A DNA stretch of 64,000 nucleotides from an uncultured virus (IMG/VR IMGVR_UViG_3300024500_000029). Its lineage: Duplodnaviria > Heunggongvirae > Uroviricota > Caudoviricetes. A model generated the notes under the pieces. That model saw nothing but the letters and a program-made list of their open reading frames with translations, searched no databases and had not been told where the DNA came from. Below, piece after piece: positions 57,875 to 64,000 of this stretch. Position 1 is the first letter of the stretch. Every line of letters begins with the position of its first letter. The stretch lies in IMG/VR virus record IMGVR_UViG_3300024500_000029; one strand, written 5' to 3'. A program made the position numbers and the translations under genes.

Positions 57875-58155
57875 TAGTTTACCGTGTGCCTAGTTCTTTA
57901 CTAACTGACTATGCTCAAGTTGGCCAACATCAACAAGTGTTAGCCAAGTATAAAAGACAAGATGCTGAATTACAAAATTACAACGAACTTGTCAAGCTTA
58001 TTTCTATGCAGGAAGGTCTTAGGTTATTAAGAAATTACAATTATATGAAGGACACTGAATTTTTAACTCAGTATGCCTATGCCGAAAGCATCAAGGAACA
58101 ACGACTAGTACAAAGAGCTGCTAGTGTTGGTCTCTATATAGACAGATACATATAA
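57871..58155 (+). CDS. Hypothetical protein
   Basis: ATGA overlap with the previous ORF. Confidence 0.55.
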   Translation: MIVYRVPSSLLTDYAQVGQHQQVLAKYKRQDAELQNYNELVKLISMQEGLRLLRNYNYMKDTEFLTQYAYAESIKEQRLVQRAASVGLYIDRYI

Positions 58156-58262
58156 TATTATCGCGTGTGAGGAAGTCGCCTTTACTGACGGCGTACAGTA
58201 GGATAAATTGTCAGTAGTCTACAGACCCCGTCTTAGCAGTCTCGGACGATAAACGAGACTGC

Positions 58263-58328
58263 ATATTGAAGCACATTGCGATGCCGTTCCGCGGCGGCGA
58301 CCACAACGAGAGTAGTGTGTTTCAATAT
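58263..58328 (+). ncRNA. Long-stem RNA cassette 7
   Basis: ATATTGAAGCACATTGC/GTAGTGTGTTTCAATAT (17 bp, 3 G.U); arms nearly identical to cassette 4. Confidence 0.6.
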
Positions 58329-58864
58329 TAATACCAAAGATGGTAAGGTTCAGGTTTAAATCTCATTGAGAATATAGCTCTAAGTTTATCCTGGTTATTT
58401 TCCACACTGTGTGGTATATCTACTCTAACTAGATGTGGTGTGGTAAGAGCAAGGCCAGCTAATTTAATTTTATTCTCACCGTCCATTTTGGCAATATTGT
58501 TACCGTAGGATTGATGACTACGATATTCCACAATATCTACATTATCCCACCAGATCATTTCCGACTGATCGCAGTTTAGTAGTGGTAAGTTAAGACTAAA
58601 AATTCTGGAAACTTCCGAATTTCCGTCTACGTGGATGTATAACCCATCTCTAGGTGGAGTTACAAAAAATCTTCCTACATCTAGTACAAGATTGTTTGCG
58701 TTAAAAAACTTTACTAGTTCTGGGCAATATTGTTCTATAAGATCGTGACTGGTAGCCTTGGTGTTTGTAGAATCGAAGTCTGTGATAGTCTTGTACATAA
58801 GATCTATCAGCTTAGGTTTAATAATTTGAAAGTCAGGAAGGTCTATGGCTTTGTAGGGAAGCAT
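58328..58864 (-). CDS. Cupin/2OG oxygenase-like protein
   Basis: IHVD...LNLP...IPHSV...R..FSMRF; paralogue of 60111..60743. Confidence 0.6.
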   Translation of the reverse strand: MLPYKAIDLPDFQIIKPKLIDLMYKTITDFDSTNTKATSHDLIEQYCPELVKFFNANNLVLDVGRFFVTPPRDGLYIHVDGNSEVSRIFSLNLPLLNCDQSEMIWWDNVDIVEYRSHQSYGNNIAKMDGENKIKLAGLALTTPHLVRVDIPHSVENNQDKLRAIFSMRFKPEPYHLWY

Positions 58865-58902
58865 AAAAATATTTATAGTGAGTTGTTATAGTAAAAGAAA
58901 AT

Positions 58903-58978
58903 GGGGGTGTAGCTCAGCTGGGAGAGCAGGACCTTTGCAAGGTCAAGGTAGCGGGTTCGAGTCCTGTCACCTCCACCA
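58903..58978 (+). tRNA. tRNA-Ala(TGC)
   Basis: G3.U70 pair; CCA. Confidence 0.94.
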
Positions 58979-58994
58979 TTTTAAGGAGTGTATT

Positions 58995-59390
58995 ATGTGG
59001 ATAGAAAATGTAGCCGCCATTGATGTCAAAAACGGGCATCATTTCGATGCTGGCCCCAATAGTATGTTGATACAAATAGCCGATCCTGCAGGCTGGTTTC
59101 CTACCCCCAAACACTCTTTTAAAGAAGTCCATAGGTTTGAATTTCTAGATGCCGACGATCAAGATGGCTTCCCTGAAGAAACCAAGATATCTAGAACACA
59201 GGCACAGGATATCACTTTGTTACTTAAACGTGCAGTGTCTGACAGAATGAATGTAGTAGTACATTGCACAGCAGGTCTCTGTCGTAGTGGTGCAGTTTGT
59301 GAAGTAGGTATTGTTCTAGGACTAGCTGATACTGGAAAGTTTAGACTACCCAATGTGCGTGTCAAAAAGTTTTTGTTGGATGCCATTTAA
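58995..59390 (+). CDS. Protein-tyrosine/dual-specificity phosphatase-like protein
   Basis: VHCTAGLCRS (CX5R) motif; start after AAGGAG at 58995, past the tRNA. Confidence 0.82.
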   Translation: MWIENVAAIDVKNGHHFDAGPNSMLIQIADPAGWFPTPKHSFKEVHRFEFLDADDQDGFPEETKISRTQAQDITLLLKRAVSDRMNVVVHCTAGLCRSGAVCEVGIVLGLADTGKFRLPNVRVKKFLLDAI

Positions 59391-60065
59391 CCGTAGCCAA
59401 TCCTCATAAAACTTTATACTAGTATTGGTAAAGGGAAATCCTAAAGTTTCTAGCCAGTTGTTAAATTTTTGCGGGTTAATAAGGTCTAAATAATCTATAG
59501 TATAGTCTGAATCTAAATTAAAACAAGCAGGCAATAATTCTTGTTCATCAAAACTTTTAAGATAGTATTGTTTAAGTTCTTCTAGAGTTAGATTTTCTAG
59601 ATTAAATTTATCCTGTGGTGTTATTTCTATACCTGAAGTCTTTAAAAGATGTATGTGATGATCCACAAGGTGTTCTAATAAAGCGGGATAACTTCCTTGT
59701 GTGTAGGTTACTGCCAGAGTACAACATCTATCCTGGTACTTTGCTACTATAAAGTTATACTGTTCTAGAGAATTAGTTCCAAACATAAGATGTTTACCCT
59801 GCTTAAATGCAGTATTAATTATACTATCTAGATAATCTTGACTAGATTGCCAGTCAACATTACGGAAGTTTCTGTAATTGCCTTCAATTCTTGGTAAAAA
59901 GTTTGTAACGATTTCTCCCAGGGCACGTATTTTTAAAAATTTGTCCTCTAGAATATAATCACATATATTATAAAATTGATCCGGTGCATTTTTAATAATT
60001 TGAGCTCCAGCTATTTCAAACATATTAAGTCTTTGTGTTTTGAATAGATAGATAAAATTTGACAT
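59346..60065 (-). CDS. Hypothetical protein
   Basis: 239-aa ORF with TATAAATA upstream on the minus strand. Confidence 0.55.
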   Translation of the reverse strand: MSNFIYLFKTQRLNMFEIAGAQIIKNAPDQFYNICDYILEDKFLKIRALGEIVTNFLPRIEGNYRNFRNVDWQSSQDYLDSIINTAFKQGKHLMFGTNSLEQYNFIVAKYQDRCCTLAVTYTQGSYPALLEHLVDHHIHLLKTSGIEITPQDKFNLENLTLEELKQYYLKSFDEQELLPACFNLDSDYTIDYLDLINPQKFNNWLETLGFPFTNTSIKFYEDWLRLNGIQQKLFDTHIG

Positions 60066-60110
60066 CTTGATAGTTTAATAGTAAAATATTTATAATAAGA
60101 GACTTGTATA

Positions 60111-60743
60111 ATGAACAAAATACCAATCTGGCTGCATCAGCCCGCGAATATAGATCCTAATGCGTTAGCTGATATAAAACTAGAAATTTTAAATCTGTTC
60201 AATGAAACTAAGACAAGTAGGTTATTCAGCGAAAAAACAATGGGATACAGTACTAAAGATCTCTACAGTAAAGTAGAGCTACTGAAAAAATTGCCAAGTT
60301 TGACGAGAGAATTGAATAGGTTAAAAATTTTAAAATACTTTGACGTGCTGTGTTTATTCTGGCTGAGACCAGAATATTCCGAATTACCAATACATATAGA
60401 CGATCCTGAATTTAATGTTAATGTAGCTCTTAATATACCCGTGCAAGGTTGCACAGGCAGTTACACAGTGTGGTACGATGCTGAAATAGATTTTAATGCT
60501 AAAATACCCGACTATGCCACTGATGGTATCTATGATCCTGGCGGCAGAACAATCACAGGTACTGCAAAAGAAATAGCTAGAATTGACAGCGGAGTGCCCA
60601 GCTGGGTAAATATTGCTGTACCACACAGAGGTATGTATATAAGTGGTCAGGAAAGAATAAACGCTAGTTTAAGATTTACTTCTGAAATATATGATATTTT
60701 AGACAGTGAGTTTTTTAACCAGCAATTAGTTATGCGGGCGTAG
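60111..60743 (+). CDS. Cupin/2OG oxygenase-like protein; stop codon lies inside tRNA-Gly
   Basis: IHID...ALNIP...VPHRG...RINASLRF. Confidence 0.6.
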   Translation: MNKIPIWLHQPANIDPNALADIKLEILNLFNETKTSRLFSEKTMGYSTKDLYSKVELLKKLPSLTRELNRLKILKYFDVLCLFWLRPEYSELPIHIDDPEFNVNVALNIPVQGCTGSYTVWYDAEIDFNAKIPDYATDGIYDPGGRTITGTAKEIARIDSGVPSWVNIAVPHRGMYISGQERINASLRFTSEIYDILDSEFFNQQLVMRA

Positions 60744-60809
60744 CTCAGTTGGTAGAGCACTTGCCTTCCAAGCAAGACGTCGAGAGTTCGAACCTCTTCG
60801 CCCGCTCCA
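60734..60809 (+). tRNA. tRNA-Gly(TCC)
   Basis: Cloverleaf with U73 and CCA. Confidence 0.95.
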
Positions 60810-60828
60810 AGTTTCAAGGAGATAGTAA

Positions 60829-61011
60829 ATGAAACCTATTACATTTATTGTAGAACGTAGTAAAGAACGTGTGATATGTGAGAACACTCGCGATGTTCGT
60901 GTGATAGATGGCGTAGAATATCTCACTGTTCACAAAGAAAACAATCCTAGACCTTTCCTAATGCGGCGTGACAGTCTTAAAAAACTTGAACGCAAGTCAA
61001 TCAATTTTTAA
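60829..61011 (+). CDS. Hypothetical protein
   Basis: AAGGAG RBS. Confidence 0.65.
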   Translation: MKPITFIVERSKERVICENTRDVRVIDGVEYLTVHKENNPRPFLMRRDSLKKLERKSINF

Positions 61012-61067
61012 TCAATGTTGCTAATATTGTAACTTTTTTATTGTTAAAAAAGCAACAAAAATTCTGG

Positions 61068-61096
61068 TTGACATTATCCCCCAAATAGGTTATAAT
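61068..61096 (+). promoter_or_regulatory. Consensus sigma70 promoter
   Basis: TTGACA-17-TATAAT, with the same downstream leader as the 52318 promoter. Confidence 0.85.
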
Positions 61097-61126
61097 AGCG
61101 GTATAGTAATTAACAAGGAGCGGGCG

Positions 61127-61408
61127 ATGGAAATCTTCGCATATATCGGAATGGTAGCAGTGGGTATGGGAATATTTGGTATTGCCTGCGTGTTATATAG
61201 TTTGATCCGCGCCCTGTTTCTAGCACACGATTTTATTATGTGGCAGTATGCTATGAGCAAAGAGAGCAATCCTGACCTTAAGTTTGAATTTAAACTGTAC
61301 TTCCGTGGCATTGCCAAGAACTGGATTGATATGATAGGATACACATCTGACAGCTTTACCTGCCGCATTGGGTCTAGCGAGTGGTCAGGTTGGAGATCCT
61401 GGCGATAA
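61127..61408 (+). CDS. Membrane-anchored hypothetical protein
   Basis: AAGGAG RBS; N-terminal hydrophobic segment. Confidence 0.6.
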   Translation: MEIFAYIGMVAVGMGIFGIACVLYSLIRALFLAHDFIMWQYAMSKESNPDLKFEFKLYFRGIAKNWIDMIGYTSDSFTCRIGSSEWSGWRSWR

Positions 61409-61575
61409 TGTGGATCTTACTTAATATTTTACTAATTGCTGGACAGCCCGACATCACAGTAGTTGCCAAAACTACCACAATGACGGAATGCATTAACCTA
61501 CTGAAACAGCAGCCCAGAAACTCTGGCCATTATTGTGTCTATGCAAAGACAGGTGACAAAACAAATGAGAAGTAA
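61408..61575 (+). CDS. Small hypothetical protein
   Basis: TAATG coupling; hydrophobic N-terminus and a Cys pair. Confidence 0.5.
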   Translation: MWILLNILLIAGQPDITVVAKTTTMTECINLLKQQPRNSGHYCVYAKTGDKTNEK

Positions 61576-61843
61576 ATTTTCAATATACGACATTGATAGA
61601 GACCGTAAAATTATTTTTATTGAAGATGACAACGGCCCTGTCTCAGTTACAAATGATGCAGAAAATGTTCTTCGATCTGTGCGCAATGCAACAGGAGATA
61701 GCTATCGTGTAGTGTATAAAGACAGCACGGGTGAGTGGTGGGAAATTGTTGAGAATCGCACCACTTGGATGGGCACAGGCATTGGATTCGAACCTTGGAA
61801 TGGGTTAGCCTGGGACATACTAAACACCGAGGAGCCGCAATGA
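61565..61843 (+). CDS. Hypothetical protein
   Basis: SVTNDAENV...YKDSTGEW motif. Confidence 0.6.
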   Translation: MRSKFSIYDIDRDRKIIFIEDDNGPVSVTNDAENVLRSVRNATGDSYRVVYKDSTGEWWEIVENRTTWMGTGIGFEPWNGLAWDILNTEEPQ

Positions 61844-62037
61844 ACAAATTTGAACAATGGATGCTAAAGCGTATTATCAGACAAGAAGTGCGCCAGGGAG
61901 GCCATCCCGAACGAATAGTTAAACTCTACGCAATGATACGTGAAGCCTGTGAGCAAGAGTTTTATGAAGACAATATACCAACATTAAATTATTCCCTCTG
62001 TGGATGGTTTGAAGATAGTTTAAGAAAATTAAAATAA
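61840..62037 (+). CDS. Hypothetical protein
   Basis: GAGGAG RBS before the ATG at 61840. Confidence 0.55.
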   Translation: MNKFEQWMLKRIIRQEVRQGGHPERIVKLYAMIREACEQEFYEDNIPTLNYSLCGWFEDSLRKLK

Positions 62038-62047
62038 GGAGAGCAAA

Positions 62048-62611
62048 ATGCCAGCAGTGTTTTTAGTAAGTGACACGCATTTTGGTCACGCTGGCGTTTG
62101 CCGCTTTATGCGGAACGATGGAGTAACCAAACTGCGCCCCTGGGACAACCCCGAGGAAATGGATGAGTTTATGGTCAAAGCCTGGAACGAACGAGTTAGG
62201 CCCAACGACAAAGTCTATCATCTTGGTGACGTTGTTATTAACCGTCGAGCACTTGCTACACTTGCACGCCTAAACGGTGACAAAGTCTTGATACGTGGTA
62301 ACCACGATATCTTCCGTGATGACGAATATAGAAAGTACTTCCGTGAACTACGTGCGTACCACGTTATGAACGGAATGATACTGAGCCATATTCCCATCCA
62401 CGAGGAAAGCCTGGGTCGTTTTGGTACCAACATACACGGTCATCTTCACGCAAACCGCGTAATGAAAGATGGTGTAGTTGATACTCGCTATCACTGTGTG
62501 TGCGTAGAACAAACAGACTTTCGTCCCATACTGTTTGAAGATGTCATCAAGCGTATCGAGGCTGAGGGTGGTTCAGTGGGTTTTAAAAATGGGAACGGTC
62601 CTATTATGTAA
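62048..62611 (+). CDS. Calcineurin-like metallophosphoesterase
   Basis: SDTHFGH, HLGD, GNHD, SHIP and HGHLH motifs. Confidence 0.9.
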   Translation: MPAVFLVSDTHFGHAGVCRFMRNDGVTKLRPWDNPEEMDEFMVKAWNERVRPNDKVYHLGDVVINRRALATLARLNGDKVLIRGNHDIFRDDEYRKYFRELRAYHVMNGMILSHIPIHEESLGRFGTNIHGHLHANRVMKDGVVDTRYHCVCVEQTDFRPILFEDVIKRIEAEGGSVGFKNGNGPIM

Positions 62612-62638
62612 ATACTAGGACTGTTTTCCAGGATTTTT

Positions 62639-63199
62639 ATGAAAAAAGACGAAAATTTTGATGCTAGGCAACGTATTGAATTAAAGTTACTGGAAAATTC
62701 CACACATTATATCTACGGTGAAATTAACTCAGAAAACATAGCTGAAGCAATAAAATGGATTCTTTATGAAAATTTGCAAGCCAAAGAACAAAAAACACTG
62801 ACGTTATATATTAACAGTATAGGGGGAGATCTTTATGATGCCTTCGCTCTAATAGATGTTATGAAGAACAGCCCACATACTATCAGGACCGTGGGCATTG
62901 GGTCAGTGATGTCATCAGCATTTCTAATTTTTTCTGCAGGAACAAAGGGGGAACGCTGGGCCAGTGCCAATGCAAGTTTTATGAGTCATCAGTATTCTGA
63001 CAATCTCAGTGGCAAGCATCACGATCTCAAGGCCACGATGAAAGACGGAGAACTTATGAATCAGCGTATGATTGATCTGCTTAAAACAGTCACCGGGCTA
63101 CCCGCAAGCAAGGTTAAATCTAAATTATTACCACCCACGGATGTTTATCTGACTGCACAGGAGATCATTGACCTTGGTGTAGCGGATCATTTAATATAA
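62639..63199 (+). CDS. ClpP-like protease subunit
   Basis: LYINSIGG; catalytic Ser (VMSS), His (MSHQ) and Asp (TDVYL); GVADH. Confidence 0.85.
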   Translation: MKKDENFDARQRIELKLLENSTHYIYGEINSENIAEAIKWILYENLQAKEQKTLTLYINSIGGDLYDAFALIDVMKNSPHTIRTVGIGSVMSSAFLIFSAGTKGERWASANASFMSHQYSDNLSGKHHDLKATMKDGELMNQRMIDLLKTVTGLPASKVKSKLLPPTDVYLTAQEIIDLGVADHLI

Positions 63200-63200
63200 T

Positions 63201-63276
63201 GCTGCTATAGCTCTAGTGGTAGAGCGCCGCCTTGGTAAGGCGGAGGTCACTGGTTCGAATCCAGTTAGCAGCACCA
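63201..63276 (+). tRNA. tRNA-Thr(GGT)
   Basis: Cloverleaf with CCA. Confidence 0.94.
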
Positions 63277-63295
63277 AATAATTCAAGAGGCGTAA

Positions 63296-63769
63296 ATGGA
63301 AAGAAAACTTGATATCGATGCAGTAAAAAAATTTATAGACCAACAAAGTGATAGTACCAAAATTTATATCGGTGCAGACAGTGCCAGATATAAAGTTGGT
63401 AATAAGTGGTATGCTGATTATACACTGGCTGTGGTAGTGCATATTGATGGTTGTCACGGTTGTAAGATTTTTGGTGAAGTACAGACAGAAGTTGATTATG
63501 ATCACAAAGCCAGCCGTCCCAGTATGCGTCTTATGAACGAAGTCTACAAGGTGGCAGAACTCTATCAGAAGTTGGTAGACGTAATTGGTGATCGTGAGGT
63601 ACAAATACATCTTGACATTAATCCTGATGAGCGCCATAATAGCAGCATTGTGATACAACAGGCTGTGGGTTATATTCGTGGTGTGTGCAATGTGATACCA
63701 ATGGTGAAGCCTCGTGCCTTCGCTGCTAGTTATGCAGCAGATAGGTTAAAAGAAGTCCTAGCAGCCTAG
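63296..63769 (+). CDS. RNase H-like YkuK (DUF458) family protein
   Basis: IYIGADS, RLMNEV, IHLDIN and KP.AFAASYAAD motifs. Confidence 0.8.
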   Translation: MERKLDIDAVKKFIDQQSDSTKIYIGADSARYKVGNKWYADYTLAVVVHIDGCHGCKIFGEVQTEVDYDHKASRPSMRLMNEVYKVAELYQKLVDVIGDREVQIHLDINPDERHNSSIVIQQAVGYIRGVCNVIPMVKPRAFAASYAADRLKEVLAA

Positions 63770-63775
63770 AAATAA

Positions 63776-63850
63776 ACTTCGGTGGCAGAATGGTTGATGC
63801 TCCCATCTCTAAAATGGGCTAAATGGGTTCGAATCCCATCCGAAGTACCA
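63776..63850 (+). tRNA. Amber suppressor-type tRNA (anticodon CTA)
   Basis: ACTTCGG/CCGAAGT acceptor, CCCAT-CTCTAAA-ATGGG anticodon arm, canonical T arm, A73, CCA. Confidence 0.85.
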
Positions 63851-63856
63851 TAATTT

Positions 63857-63879
63857 AACCGCCCCTAGGGGCGGTTTTT
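63857..63879 (+). terminator. Intrinsic terminator closing the tRNA region
   Basis: AACCGCCCC-TA-GGGGCGGTT followed by a T-run. Confidence 0.85.
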
Positions 63880-64000
63880 CTTTGACTATTTTTTTAATAA
63901 CCTGTAAACTAAACGTTAAATACACTATATTTTCAACTACCCTATGTTAAAAAATCAAATATTAAAATATAGTAGGCAAACTACTATGGCTCCACTGGGA

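Noticed and set aside
41856..58328. Stem-cassette arms as a CRISPR array or IS/MITE ends
   Set aside because: They are inverted rather than direct repeats, irregularly spaced, G.U-tolerant, and have no cas or transposase gene or target-site duplications.
44374..63210. ATG-x-x-TAG three-codon mini-ORFs at the 5' ends of several tRNAs (Gly, Ile, Val, Ala, Thr)
   Set aside because: They follow automatically from an AT leader before G1 plus the conserved TAG at nt 8-10; there is no independent sign of translation.
1..64000. Genome-wide TAG recoding suggested by the CUA tRNA
   Set aside because: Core genes are full length under code 11. Read-through of the TAG stops I checked (6354, 26595, 44770) gave only short extensions, not fusions.

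Overview
This window is a 64-kb segment of a large, AT-rich T4-superfamily (myovirus-like) phage genome read in the standard genetic code. Bases 1-37 kb carry virion and replication genes: tail-fibre end, gp15/gp14/gp13-like neck proteins, a very long tail sheath, tail tube, gp4 nuclease, terminase, putative internal head proteins, gp32 SSB, UvsX and UvsY. Accessory enzymes are interleaved (halohydrin-dehalogenase-like SDR, radical SAMs, PLP enzyme, 2OG oxygenases). Bases 39.6-63.9 kb form a tRNA/ncRNA region with 30 tRNA genes covering all 20 amino acids, including an amber (CUA) tRNA and a long-armed Ile(UAU) tRNA. The same region holds a ~885-nt GOLLD-like RNA with an embedded tRNA-like module, seven long-stem RNA cassettes that resemble RNase III sites, two paralogous ~190-nt ncRNAs, and a TauD-TauD-acyltransferase-ACP-radical SAM operon. 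The most striking feature is at 41311-41529: a sigma70 promoter, an almost leaderless 40-codon peptide containing all 20 amino acids (35 different codons), and overlapping antiterminator/terminator hairpins. This is the architecture of a ribosome-coupled attenuator that could sense shortage of nearly any charged tRNA, placed inside the phage tRNA region. All calls were made by eye from motifs and base-pairing; no database search or folding program was run, so family names are hypotheses to confirm.
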